Positions 10,896 through 24,959 of a DNA stretch of 64,000 bases are shown one piece after another. Position numbers and translations under genes: made by a program. Source of the DNA: Leucoraja erinacea (taxonomy: Eukaryota); the NCBI RefSeq assembly GCF_028641065.1, contig NC_073407.1, positions 186,001-250,000 of the forward strand, read 5' to 3'. Under the pieces are notes generated by a model. That model was given only the letters and a program-made list of their open reading frames with translations. It ran no database searches and was not told the DNA's origin. Position 1 is the first letter of the stretch; each line of letters begins with the position of its first letter.

Positions 10896-13800
10896 GCACC
10901 AGTTTTATTGAACATTTACTCGTTCACGTTCCGCTTTCAAGTTCTATCGTGGGAAAATACACTGTACACTCGCCGTATATATTCTCCTCGTGATTGTATG
11001 TTTCTCTGTAAAAACCTTCTCAAAACCTATTGCGCTCCAAGGAATAAAGTTGTAGCCTCAGCAAACTCTCCCCACACCCCGGGCTCTCGGGTCATGGTAC
11101 AACCCACGAAAAAGGTATATGCAACCTTTCCAGCGAAATCATATATTTCCTGCAGCATGGTCACCCCCAATTGATCACAACACAATTCCCACAACGCCAA
11201 TCTGCAAGTCGAATCGGTTGAAAAGAAAGCAAACCCGATGCTAACATTTATTTCGAGAGAGCTTGGATACAAAAACAGAGATGTAATGCTGACGCTCTAT
11301 AATACGCTGGTCCGGCGGAATTTGGAATATTGTGAGGATTTTTGTGCACCATTTGTGAGGGACGACGTGCTGCCTCTAGTGAGGGTCCAGACGAGGTTTA
11401 CAGGAATGATCCCAGGAATTAGTAGGTTAACGTATGATGAGCGTTTGACGACACTGGGACTGTACTCGCTGGAGTTTCGAAGAATGAGGGGGGACCTCAT
11501 TGAAACGTACAGAATGGTGATAAGCTCGGATAGAGTGGATGTGCCGAGGATGTTTCCACTAGTGGGATATGTTGGACTAGAAGTCATAGCGTCAGAATTA
11601 AAGGACGTTCTTCTAGGATGGAGTTGAGGAGGAATTTATTTGGTAATGGGTGGTGAATCTAGAATTATTTGCCACATAAAGCCGTGGAGGCCAAGTCAGT
11701 TGATATTTTTAAAGAAGAGAGTTAGATTCTTGATCGGTACGGGTTATGGGGGTAAGGCAGGGTAATGGGGTTAAGAGGGAGAGATACTGTAGATCAGCCA
11801 TGATTGAATGGTAGAGTAGACTTGCTGGGCCGAATGGCGTAATTCTGACCCTATCACTTACGACCTCATGATCATATGACGTGCGGGTTTGTAGGTGAAT
11901 TGGCTTGTGTATTGCACCTAGTGTGCAGAATGAGCAAGTGGGATAACATGGATTCTACGGGTAATCAATGGCCGGCGTGAACTCGGTGAGTCGAAGGGCC
12001 TGTTTCCACGTGGTGTTTCTAAACCAAACTAAGCTGAATAAATGGACGAATGGCTTTCCTAATATGACCGAAGCGAAGGTCGCAAGAAGATCACTGGTGC
12101 GTTATTTCAATATATACAGGGCATAGAAGCCTGTATGTAAAACATTGTATATATCCAAGCATATACTGCTGAGGTATTGATTGAACCGACTCGATTGAGA
12201 AAGTCAATACTGTTCTGCCAGATTGTTTTTCTGTATTTCCACATTGTGAGATGCAATTGAGAAAGCATCTGAACACCACATGACCTTGTTCCCAGTTCAT
12301 TGCCGTGCAATAGTGGTAAAACACGGCATGGCAGTTAAGGGCCTTGCCTCTAATCGCATATTCTCCTCAGGCATTCGACCTCCCAAAGAGTAACCTCCCA
12401 AATGCTCACATTAAATCACGTCTGCCATTTATCTGCGTATTTCTGGCTGATGTATATCCCATTGGATACTTCATCACAGCCCGGAATTTCAGCAATGTTG
12501 GTGTCATCTGTAAATATACTAACCATAGCATCTACATTGACGTCCCGTTATTGATGCATATCAAAAACAACAGAGGTCACTACACAGATCCCTCCAGAAT
12601 CCCACTTGTCACGGTCCTCCAGCCTGAAAAACATCTTACTCTGTCCTCCATCGGTAAGTCAGTTATGCGTCCATGAGATCAAGGCACAGGTTGTTAATCC
12701 CTTGCACATTCCCCGGGATCAGCCTCCCATGATAGACTTTATCAAATGCCTTACTAAAATGTGTGTTCACAATGTCCACTACCCTTCCCTCAACCATCAT
12801 CTTCGTCATCTCCACAAAAACTCAAACACGTTAAAGGATACGACGTGCCGCATATAGATTCATGCTGACTGTCCGCAATTATCCCATTCTCATCTAGATG
12901 GGTGTCAGTCATGTTATGAAGCCACTCCTCCAGCTTCACAATCACCCACTAGAGGCCAACAGCCTAAAATTCCCTGGGTTCTGTGTACTTCCGTTCGTCC
13001 AGAAAGGGGCAATGTTAGGTACTCTCCAGTACACCAGGATATTGTCTGTGGGCAGAGAAGGTCAAACATAATCGTCAAAGGTCTTGCAATCTCCGCCCTT
13101 ACCTCTCTCAACAATCTGGTATAGATTCCTTCAGACCCCTGGGATTAACCAATTTAACCATATAACCATATAACAATTACAGCACGGAAACAGGCCATCT
13201 CGACCCTTCTAGTCCGTGCCGAACACATATTCTCCCCTAGTCCCATATACCTGCGCTCAGACCATAACCTTCCATTCCCTTCCCGTCCATATGACTATCC
13301 ACTTTATTTTTAAATGATAAAAACGAACCTGCCTCCACCACCTTCACTGGAAGCTCATTCCACACAGCTACCACTCTCTGAGTAAAGAAGTTCCCCCTCA
13401 TGTTACCCCTAAACTTCAGTCCCTTAATTCTCAAGCCATGTCCCCTTGTCCCTCAAGTCATGTCCCTTTAAAGCCCATCAACAGCCACAACAAATCGTTC
13501 TTGTTTGTGCCGGAAAACATTCAGTGTGTTTCCTGTCTTGCTTCTAATGGAGGGATGAAACGTCTTGTGATTTTCTTGAACCCGATTCGCCAAAACCATT
13601 TCGTGCCCACATTTGGCCGTTCTTTTGGCCAGATTAAGCTCTTTCCTCTTTGCTTTATATTCCTCAAAAACGCTTCTCTGGTTTCACATTCTTCAAACCT
13701 GCATGCTCTTCATTTTTCCTTTGACACAAACTGGAAACTCCTTGTTCAACCAGGTTCCCTAACGTATACCCCCATACCCCCACTGGCAGGCATACCCACA

Positions 13801-14340
13801 CCTCTACTCCCTAAAAAGAGTTAGGAAGTTCGGCATGTCCCCACTATCCCTCGCCAACTTCTACAGATGTACGCAGAAAGCATTTCATTGGCACGTGTCA
13901 CTGCTTAGTTTGGGAACAGCTCCATCCAAGACCGCAAGAAATTACAGCAAATTGTGGACATCATTTGTGGCCACGCTGCCTCTCAAAAACCGGCAGCATT
14001 ATGAAGGGCGAGTCGCAGCCCAACCACTCCCTCTTCTCCCCTCTCTAATCGGGTAAAACTATACAAGTGTGGAAAAGCACACCGTCAATCTCCGGGACAA
14101 TTTCGTCCCAGCTGTTGTCAGCTAACTGAAGCATCCAAACGCAACCAGAGAGCAGTCATGAACTACTGTTTACCTTATCGAGGCCCTCGGACTATCGTTG
14201 ATAGGACTTAAGTGCTTTAACCTTGCAGTAAAAGTCATTCCATTGGTCATGTACACTCGATTGTAATCACATATTGTCCTTCCGCTGGCTAGTTAGCACT
14301 CAGCAGAAGCTTTTCACTGTACATCGGTACAGTTACAATA
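10420..14340. mobile_element. Mosaic of old CR1 fragments (both strands), a (GA)n microsatellite at ~10847-10894 and an old Rex1-like fragment (~13820-14340)
   Basis: KALDKVPH...FADDT; LGLYSLEFRRMRGDLIE; GNFFTQRVVAVWNELP on minus; LANFYRCT (Rex1-like). Confidence 0.7.
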
Positions 14341-15944
14341 AACGAAACTTAACTGAAACTGATCTCAACTGAAATGAAATACCAGAGGGTATAGATTTAA
14401 GGTAAGATGGGCAAACTTTAGGCGATAAATGCTTTTTACACATAGTGTGATGGGTGCGTGGAACGCGCTGCCATGGGTTGTAGTATAAGATGATTTGATG
14501 GTAGCCCTTGGATAAGCCCATGCATATACAAATTATTGGGGCTATGGATTATGTGCATGTAGGTAAGGATTTGGTTGGGAATCCTGTCGGCGCATTTTGG
14601 GGTAGAGTGCCTCTTTCTGTGCTATACTGTTCTATATTGTCTATGTGCAGGCAGACGAAATTAGTTTTACTTGGCAGTATGTTCTGCGAATACAATATAG
14701 GACGTACGGTCGGTGTTGCACTTTTTTATGCTCTGCTATAACTTTATCAAATTATAAGTATTCCTTTTCCTCTGGACAATACCCAATATAGGATAGCATT
14801 TTCTCTGGTCAGTTTACCAACGCAAATGTCTACCAACGTATCGAGGTTTCAATCTCCACAATGTTATTGTTTTGCATAACATGCACGTGAAGACCAGTGA
14901 CCTGTTCTTGAACGTGCCTCAAATTGTCTGTTTGATTCGACGCACCACAATCACCCGAAGGCTATTTCTTTGGCCTTTCTTAGTTCCACCCACGTAGAGA
15001 CCAGCCATCCTTTTCCAAATGCACGTCCTTCTCACCGTGGCATTAAATTCATCCTTCAGTAATATCCCTCACTGGTTTTTCCCACCGTCCAGTTCCTATC
15101 CTTGGTCACTCCGCAGTATTTTATCTATAACAGTACCAACCGCGTATGTGAGTTATCCATTCTCCAATCTTTGGGTGGGGAAACTCGGCTGCAGATAATG
15201 GAATTGTTATCTCATGTCATTGGTTTGATATTTCACTGAAATCTGTGTAAAGTTTTCACGTTCTCCAGTTCATTGTGTACTCCTCGGTAATCAGTTTTCC
15301 ACCGTCAAACGAAAGATATGTGAGTTGGCATGTTAATTGCTCCTGGTGCCAGTCTGAGTGGGAGAATTGGGGGAAAGTGGATGTGAATCCAGTGAATGTA
15401 AAATTGAATTACTGTCACATGTCTTATATCGGTGGTTGGTGGGCGGCATGGATTTGTTGGGCGGAAGGGCCTGTTTCTATGATGTGTGACTGTGTAAATG
15501 ACGGATCGTTTTCGGATTACCCATCAATATCTTGTGGGATGCCACTAAGATTAACGTTAATTTCTCAACTAAACGCAATCTGTAATAATGTACCGGACGG
15601 TACATTTTTATTCATCATAAAAAAAATAGTGCGGTATGAAATTGTGAGAAAACGCAATGGCTGTACTGGATTCTGAACAGTGGATACGAAATTAACAGAT
15701 ATAGACAATATACAATAGATCCAGGAGTAGGCCATTTGGCCCTTCGAGTCAGCACCGCCATTCAATGTGATCATGGCTGATCATCCCCAATCAGTACCTC
15801 GTTCCTGCCTTCTCCCTATATCCCCCGACTCCGCTATTTTGAAAAGCCCTATCGAGCTCTCTCTTGAAAGCATCCAGAGAACCGGCCTCCACCGCCCGAT
15901 GAGGCAGAGAATTCAACAGACTCACCACTCTCTGTGAGAAAAAT

Positions 15945-17233
15945 ACAATACAATACAATAATACAATACCATGTATTTGTCATTTGAACCCCATTGAGGT
16001 TCAAACGAAATGTTGTTTCTGCAGTCATACACACAAGAAAGAACCAAGACACAACACAATTTACACAAACATCCATCACAGCGCATCTCCTCCTCGCTGT
16101 GATGGAAGGCAAAGACTTATCTCTCCCCGCATTCCCCTCCCGATGTCAGAGTCAAAGCCCCCAGCGGGGGATGGTAATTGTCCCGCGGCCATTTACGCCG
16201 CGCCGGGTGATAATAATAATAATAATAATATTTACTTATATAGCACTTTTAAACAAAATCACTTTGAACCAAAGTGCTTTACAGAGATTGATCAAATTAA
16301 TTGAATAGATTCAATGTCACAAATTCATACAAAATATATATATTTTTTTTAAATAAATAAATAAATAAAAAGGAAAATGACACAGAACAGTACACTATAG
16401 AAATCAACAAGAAACGTCCCCCACAGCAGAATTCACTGTGAGGGAAGGCACTGAAAATATCCAGTTCTCCTCCTCATAGTCCACCCGAGGTCGGGGTCTA
16501 TATGTGGCCTCCTCAGCCAACCCGGTGTTTTCAGGCCCTCTTGCCGCGAAGCTGAATCATCGGCGTCGGGTGAACATCCTTCAGCGGCTCGGACTGAAGC
16601 GGCCGCTTCCTCCCCGAAGACTGCAATGTCCAAAGTTCACAGGCCGCGCCAGCCGGACCTCCGACTCTGGCGATCCCGGATGCAAGGCCGTGCTCCGGGT
16701 CTTGTTGTTGGAGCCCCCGGCGGGTGCTAGTCCCCCAAGCCGCGCGTGGCGATGATGTACGGCCCCGCTCCAGGTAATCTTCAATCCCACAACTCGGGCG
16801 GGTGAAGTCGCCGAAAAGAGGTCTCCCAGCAGGGACCCGCGGGCTCCCGGTGTTCCTGTCTGCCAGACCTTGGAGCTTCCGAATCCCCGGGGTCGGGTCG
16901 CAGCAGCTCGCCACCACCGCTCCTCCAGCTCCGCGATGGCGAGTAGGACCGCAGGCTCCGCGACTGGAGCCCCAGGTCGTTCCTGCTGGAGGCCGCTCCA
17001 CGGTGCTAGGCCCCAATGACAACGGAGACCCGGCAGAGAAAAGGTCGGGTTCTCCATGCAGGGGATAGAACATTTTTAAAGTTTCTCCCACCACCCCCTG
17101 CCCCCCACACACATACCCACACACATACACAAAATGTTTTAATAAAAACTACATTCAAACGAGACAAAAAATAATTTAAAAAGACAGACGGACTGCATAG
17201 GCCGCTGCGACTTGAGTCGCGCCGCCCACCGAT
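15945..17233 (-). mobile_element. GC-rich non-autonomous retroposon inserted into a CR1 fragment, with a nested L2-type tail (~16210-16440)
   Basis: Splits the CR1 sequence CTCTGTGAGAAA|AGTGTTTCCTCGTC. Minus-strand 3' end is TTTCGTTTGAACC...AATGACAAATACATGG(TATTG)n. No credible ORF. Confidence 0.6.
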
Positions 17234-17490
17234 CAGTGTTTCCTCGTCTCCGTTCCAAATGGCTTACTCCTTATTCTTAAACTGTGGCCCCTGGTTTTGG
17301 ACTCCCCAAACATCGGGAACATATTTCCTGCCTCTAGCGTGTCCAAGCCCTTAACATCCTTGATATATGATATATGATATTGAAATTAAGAGATTATACA
17401 TTTTAAATGCAGAAAATAAGAAATATTGTTTAAATAGAGTTGTACATCAACTGAATACCTATTGCGGATTACGGAAGACAATGTTTTTGC

Positions 17491-17678
17491 GGTAGACACA
17501 AAAATGCTGGAGCAACTCAGCGGGACGGGCAGCATTTCTGGAGAGAAGGAAACGGGTGACGTTTAGGGTTTAGACCCTTATTCAGAATGAAGAGGGTCTC
17601 GACCTGAAACTTCACCCGTTTCTTCTCTCCAGAGGTGCTGACTGTCCCGCTAAATTACTCCAGCATTTTGTGTTTACC
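17491..17678. mobile_element. Foldback PLE-derived mini-element
   Basis: Left and right halves are reverse complements, each with a degenerate CTGAAGA...GAAACGTC core. The orthologous copy in unit B (29113-29232 plus 32410-32460) is split by an L2. Confidence 0.75.
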
Positions 17679-20545
17679 TTCGATTGAGAATCACATATGA
17701 AAGTTATTGGATTATTCTATTGGAGGCAGTACAAATGTTCACTTAGATAACCCTTGGGCAAAAGAGATGACATACAAATACACGTTAAATAGATTGGGGC
17801 AAGACCCACTGGAGTTTATAAAAATCGACAGCTGATTGGAGATTGAAGGGGCAGGGGCTGAGATGAGGAGTCCTCCACGTGGTTTATACAGACTGGGGGG
17901 ACATAATCTCTTAATAAAGGATAACACAATGAAGATGAAGAGGCGGGACGAATGCTCTCTGACGGAGAGAAAGAGAGACCAGTCAAACTCCCACTGCCTT
18001 CTGTGTGATATCAAAAGGGGTTAAGAAAAATCAACGGTAAATTATATTTCACGTCTGTTTCTGCGCTTATTTCCACATAGCATTCTACGGGATGTAGTAT
18101 AATTACACACCTTACAGCAACCCCACGAATAAAAGCATTATGGATGTAATAATACTGAGAGGAGCCGTTCTATGATAAAGTATATTTAGAAGCAGGATTG
18201 GCCGCAGCACCTGTGAGCTCAACTCATCAAACGAATCATGGCTGTTTGACCTGTTTCCTCCAAGAATCATTGTGTCCCACTCGTTCTAAGAGCTATATCT
18301 ATCCCCGCGTTGGATGCATTTAACGCTTTGCTATTTGATGTAATTTCCCTTCCAACACGATTCATTCAGTATTCACCGGCTTGAGTCTATGTCGTCGAAA
18401 CGGCAGCCTGGAAATGTTTACCGGAGTGATGCATCAATAACGTCTCGCGCGAACCGGGCGAGTCATGTGTTGCTGGGCAGGGTTGGGAGTCTTTGGGATG
18501 CAGTCACTATCATGGGTTCGCTCCCTGAACAGCGAGCTGGAACATCTGCACATGTCTGCACGGAACCCACAGGTGTTTCCGTTCAGTTGCTTTGTGAGCT
18601 CCTTCCCCGTGGCGGTCCACGAAATGTTGTACACCGGCCCTACTTATTAATGAGATTTCACAAGGGATATATTACGCATTGTCTGTTCATTTAAGGGATA
18701 GTAAACGTTTCTTTTATATCAATTGATGTTCTGTCCACTACTCTCCAGCATATTCTTAGGCCGCGGATCTATATATTACTGCCAGCGATGGACAGGAGCT
18801 TGCAAAGTAACTGAAAGGAAGCACGTGTGGTTTACTTACAGTTAAAATCTATGGTTTGTTTCCAGTCCGCTGCTCAGCGATGATGAATGGGATCCAACAA
18901 GACAAAAGTCTTCTCAGCAACAGTTCTGTCATAGCACCAACAAACGTTGCAATTGGCGGCATGTTAGATCATTAGATTTACGTTTTAATGGTTTGCGTTC
19001 TGCACGAGTGGACATAGTGCTGTTGGACTCGATTGAGATTTGATGGAAGCACCGTTAGAATGTGTATCAAATACGCGATTATTCTAGCGAGAATATATTT
19101 CTCACACAAACACGCCAGACAGTTCATACATTGGAATTGATTAAAGGGCGCACACCACACTCAACGTAGGCTTGGCGTGTCCCATATCCCCCACCCCACG
19201 TGGTTTGGGTCAATAGAGTCACCTTCATTATGTGAAGAAATTTGAGAGAATGCAAGTACTTTTGTGTAAATTCCACCGAAGGCAATTTGAACATGGGTTC
19301 AATACAATATGTATTTCCCGTTACATCTCCACACTCAATGCAGTTAGCCCGATCAATACACAGGTCATGTTTTTATTGTAATGTATCTTCAGAAGGCTTC
19401 ATCAACTGCACAATGCCTCATATGTAGGCCGAAAGATTGTTTTCTCCCGTCGTTCTCATCTTCCAAATGTGTCAAGCTATTGAAGAGAGACGTGACAAAT
19501 AGGATGTTGGGAGGTTTTAAAGAGAGGGGTGCAGAGTCTATCCCGCGTCGGCATTCAGTATGGTCCCATTCATTATGTCTAGTGGAGATTTTTGCCCATA
19601 GTTCTGTTTTCCTACAATAACATAAGAACATCTGAAACATTAACTATTTATCCGGAATCGCTTGAAGATTTGCATCTCACTCTCTCGGATGCTATTCTGC
19701 GCTGCTGGGGACAATGTGATTCTCTTTTTGTATTTTTATGTTCTAATCTGAGACCTCTGGTTCTGAGATTATTTGCATCAATGCCTCCATCACGTCCAGC
19801 TGCGATCACAGAACATATAAACACATCAACTACGTTTCTGATTGATTTCTCTCAACTGTTCATCGGGACATCTTAAGAATTTCAGCAACTGATGAAAGAT
19901 GACCCAAAATGTCACGGACAGTAACATCTGGTATATGGTGCAAAGAGATCAACCTGTGAATAGCCTGCATTGGAATAGAGTGTGTCACTAATGGAAGTTC
20001 CATATGCAAACTCAATGGCACAGTTCTGAACAGGATACTATTTTACTTAATATCCATCTGCAGGCAGCCTTAACATCCCTAAACTTACCAACTTCAGTCT
20101 TGGCCATACGAGAGCCTAACACGCCCAACAATTTTTATTTAACGTCACAGTGTCGTGGTGACCAGGCCGCTTGGGGATATACAGGATGGAAATACACCCT
20201 TCTACTGGTCTCCGCCATATTGACCATAATGTCCCATCTACAACAATTCCATGTGCTCGCGATTGGTCCATATCCCTCCAAACATTTCCTCGCCATTACC
20301 CTGTCTTTAAAACGTCTTTTAAATGTCTCTTGAATAATCCCTGCTGGTTCGCTCCGTTTACAACAGCGTGTGTGGGAAAAGGTCCCCCTACATTCTCCTC
20401 TCACCTTAACTGTATGCATCACAGTCCTCGATTCTCCGACGTAAAAAAAGACTGAATTGACATTTCATATCCCCTCATGATTGTATACACCTATTTAAAA
20501 TTACCCCTCAGCCGCTCGCGGAACTATCCTAACCAACCTCTCCCG

Positions 20546-23043
20546 GTAGTGATTGTGGGAGATTTCAATTTTCCACACATAGACTGGGAAACACATTCTG
20601 TAAATGGGCTGGATGGGTTGGAGTTTGTAAAATGTGTGCAGGATAGTTTTTTGCAGCAATACATAGAAGTACCTACTAGAGAAGGGGCAGTGCTGGACCC
20701 CCTGTTAGGAAATGAGACAGGTCAGGTGGCAGAAGTATGCGTTGGGGAACAGTTCGGGACCAGTGATCACAATACCATTAGTTTCAATATAATTATGGAG
20801 AGGGTCAGAACTGGACCGAGGGTTGAGATTTTTGATTGGAGAAAGGCTAACATTGATGAGATGCGAAAGGATTTAAAAGGAGTAAATTGGGACAGTTTGT
20901 TTTATGGGAAAGTTGTGGAAGAGAAATGGAGGACATTTAAAGGTGAAATTTTAAGAGTACAGAATCTTTATGTCCCTGTTCGGTTGAAAGGAAATAGTAA
21001 AAATTGGAAAGAGCCACGGTTTTCAAGGGAAATTGGACACTTGGTTCGGAAAAAGAGAGAGATCTACAATAATTATAGGCAGCATCGAGTAAGGGAGGTG
21101 CTTGAGGAGTATAAAGAATGTAAAAAGAATCTCAAGAAATAAATTAGAAAAGCTAAAAGAAGATATGAGGTTGCTTTGGCAAGTAAGGTGAAAGTAAATC
21201 CTAAGGGTTTCTACAGCTATATTAATAGCAAAAGGATAACGAGGGATAAAGTTGGTCCATTAGAGAGTCAGAGTGAACAGCTATCTGCAGAGCCAAAAGA
21301 GATGTGGGAAATATTGAACAATTTCTTTTCTTCGGTATTCACCAAGGAGAAGGATATTGAATTATGTGAGGTAAGGGAAACAAGTAGAGTAGCTATGAAA
21401 ACTATGAGGATCAAAGAAGAGGAAGTACTGACACTTTTGAGAAATATAAAAGTGGATAAGTCTCCAGGTCCGGACAGGATATCCCCTAGGACATTGAGGG
21501 AAGGTAGTGTAGAAATAACAGGGGCTATGACAGAAATATTTCAAATGTCATTAGAAACGGGAATAGTGCCGGAGGATTGGCGTACTGCGCATGTTGTTCC
21601 ATTGTTTAAAAAGTGGTCTAAGGGTAAACCTAGCAATTATAGACCTGTTAGTTTGACGTCAGTGGTGGGCAAATTAATGGAGAGGATACTTAGAGATAAT
21701 ATATATAAGCATCTGGATAAACAGGGTCTGATTAGGAACAGTCAACATGAATTTGTGCCTGGAAGGTCATGTTTGACTAATCTTCTTGAATGTTTTGAAG
21801 AGGTTACTCGGGAAATTGATGAGGGTAAAGCAGTGGATGTTGTATACATGGACTTCAGTAAAGCCTTTGACAAGGTTCCTCACGGAAGGTTGGTTAAGAA
21901 GGTTCAATGGTTGGGGATTAATGGAGGAGTAGCAAGATGGATTCAACAGTGGCTGAATGGGAGATGCCAGAGAGTAATGGTGGATGGTTGTTTGTCAGGT
22001 TGGAGGCCAGTGACTAGTGGGGGTGCCACAGGGATCTGTGTTGGGTCCACTGTTGTTTGTCATGTACATCAATGATCTGGATGATGGTGTGGTAAATTGG
22101 ATTAGTAAGTATGCAGATGATAGTAAGATAGGTGGGGTTGTGGATAATGAAGTAGATTTTCAAAGTCTACAGAGAGATTTATGCCAGTTGGAAGAGTGGG
22201 CTGAAAGATGGCAGATGGAGTTTAATGCTGATAAGTGTGAGGTGCTACATCTTGGCAGGACAAATCAAAATAGGACGTACATGGTAAATGGTAGGGAATT
22301 GAAGAATGCAGGTGAACAGAGGGATCTGGGAATAACTGTGCACAGTTTCCTGAAAGTGGATTCTCATGTAGATAGGGTGGTAAAGAAAGATTTTGGTGTG
22401 CTGGCCTTTATAAATCAGAGCATTGAGTATAGAAGTTGGGATGTAATGTTAAAATTGTACAAGGCATTGGTGAGGCCAATTTTGGAGTATGGTGTACAAT
22501 TTTGGTCGCCTAATTATAGGAAGGATATCAACAAAATAGAGAGAGTACAGAGGAGATTTACTAGAATGTTGCCTGGGTTTCAGCAACTAAGATACAGAGA
22601 AAGGTTGAACAAGTTAGGGCTTTATTCTTTGGAGCGCAGAAGGTTAAGGGGGGACTTGATAGAGGTCTTTAAAACGATGAGAGGGATAGACACAGTTGAT
22701 GTGGATAAGCTTTTCCCACTGAGAGTAGGGAAGATTCAAACAAGGGGACATGACTTGAGAATTAAGGGACAGAAGTTTAGGGGTAACATGAGGGGGAACG
22801 TCTTTACTCAGAGAGTGGTGGCTGTGTGGAATGAGCTTCCAGTGAAGGTGGTAGAGGCAGGTTCGTTTTTTTTTATCATTTAAAAATAAATTGGATAGTT
22901 ATATGGACGGGAAAGTTATGGAGGGTTATGATCTGAACGCAGGTGTATGGGACTAGGGGAGAATACGTGTTCGGCACGGACTAGAAGGGTCGAGATGGCC
23001 TGTTTCCATGCTGTAATTGTTATATGGTTATATATGGTTATAC
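20546..23043 (+). mobile_element. 5'-truncated CR1 LINE ORF2 (EN C-terminus, RT, 3' tail), specific to unit A
   Basis: [44 protein letters not shown]; one stop (21140-21142) and homopolymer frameshifts (~22020, ~22870); (TATGGTTA)n tail. Absent from unit B at ~37615. Confidence 0.95.
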
Positions 23044-24459
23044 CTTAGACCCTCGTCGCTGGTAACATCTTTGTAAGTTCCATTTGAGTTCATTCCAGTA
23101 CAGCGGCAATTTAGCTACCCGACTTTAATTAATTTGTTGACTCATTAAGTCCCAACACCTTTCTCACTTTCCTATTTACCTCCGACGATTCTTTCAGGGA
23201 GGTGTGTACTGAAATCCTAGATCCTTCTGCTCTCCAGCAAACACCAGGACGTTACTGTTCACTGTAAATGTAATTGCCTTGAGCTCCGAAAATGCAACAG
23301 CTTGTACCATTCTGAATTAAATGCAATTCGTCATTTCTGGGACCATTTGCCCAACTGATCCAGATCTCGCTGTGATGCTTGATCTTCCCTGTTTACGATG
23401 CCAACTCTGTAATATCATTCGAAAACATATTAACTTGCAAACATTTTTAAATGCATTGAACATTCTCAATGAAATCATTGATGTAGATGACAAACAGCAA
23501 TGGCTCTCTTCGAATACCGAGGTACAACATTAATTACAGTTATCCAATCCGGACAGCAAGCTTGTGCCATCCTTTGTTTACTATCATGAAGCCACCTCCA
23601 AAGTTCTGTCCAAAGCTCATGCAATCTAATCTTCTGGAACCAGCAGTACGGAATCCCATCAAAGGGCTAGTTCAAGTCCACACATATACATGTAGGAACT
23701 GCGAATGCTGGTTTATACCGAGGATAGATACAAAATTCAGGAGTAACTCAACGGGTCAGACAGCATATCTGGATGAAACGGTGAGTGATGTTTTGGGTTT
23801 GAACCTTTCTTCTGAATGAAAGTAAAGGTGGGATGTGGGCGGCGGGGGGATAAACTGATGACGAGAAATGGCCAGAATAAATCAGGACCGGCAACAAGTT
23901 ACTTCAGGAGGTTGGACCCCATAATGGCCCATTGTTGGTTGGGGAAGGTGTGACATACAAGGATACGAACAGCAGAACTGGTAAAACGACTAGGGTGTGG
24001 ATGGTGGCAGGGGAGAGAAGGGATTGCAGGAGTTTAGTTTCGTTTAAGTTTAGAGTAAAGCTACAGCTTGGAAACAGGCCCAACGAGTCCACGATGACCA
24101 GCGATCATCCGTACACTAGCACTATCCTACACACTAGGAGCAATTTACAATTTGCAGAAGCTAAATAAACCTACAGTGCCTACAAAACAGGTTATATCTT
24201 CAATAACCCAATATAATTCGTCAGATACGATCTCCCTCTGCAAAAAAAGAAAACTTGCTGGCAACAACTATTCAACCTCCAAATGTATTCATACTTTAGA
24301 ATCCTCCCCAGTAACTACTAGATATGTTAGGCTCACTGGTCTTGTGTTTCTATGTCTTACTGTGCAGGCTTCGTAAATAGAGGCAGAGCATTAGCCACCG
24401 TCGTCTTTAGACATCTCACATTTATTTAACAATGATTGATATATCTCAGCTAGGGCTCC

Positions 24460-24940
24460 AACTGAAGACTAGCTACAGACACCACTTCACAAACCAGGAG
24501 ATCTACCGCAAAACTCCAACAAAACCTCTCAGCCAGGACATAAAGGTACGCAGGATGAAATGTAACCATATAACCATATAACCATATAACAATTACAGCA
24601 CGGAAACAGGCCATCTCGACCCTTCTAGTCCGTGCCGAACACATAATCTCCCCTAGTCCCATATACCTGCGCTCAGACCATAACCCTCCATTCCCTTCCC
24701 ATTTTGCAGCACATGTACTCGGAATGTCACCAGAACTTGCACCGAAGGTAGCAATGACATGGCAACCAGACGGAAGATGGAAAAGAGGCCGACCAAAACT
24801 CACATGGAGGCGAACATTCCAGAAGGATTTGGAAGCCCGGGACGCAAACCTATCGAGGGTGGAAGACATCGCACATAACCGAACAGAATGGCGAAAGCTT
24901 GCTGCCCAATGCACTAAACAGTGTGTGAGGAACTAAGTCT
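24460..24940 (+). mobile_element. RTE-clade LINE 3' fragment (copy in unit B at 40090-40430); the unit-A copy has a 140-bp CR1 tail inserted (~24562-24701)
   Basis: PKVAMTWQPDGRWKRGRPKLTWRRTFQKDL...AHNRTEWRKL is a typical RTE ORF C-terminus. Confidence 0.7.
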
Positions 24941-24959
24941 ACCAACTTGCATTGTATCC

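Noticed and set aside
16433-17130. Overlapping 80-200-aa ORFs in the GC-rich insert
   Set aside because: Stop-poor because of high GC; no recognisable domain.
18757-18800. Reading frame GSIYYCQRW resembling the end of an Ig V domain
   Set aside because: No upstream V framework, no RSS, and the YYC is not kept in the other copies (NYC, FHC).
20146-20185. CACAGTG heptamer as an RSS
   Set aside because: No nonamer at 12 or 22/23 spacing, no adjacent gene segment, and not conserved in unit B.
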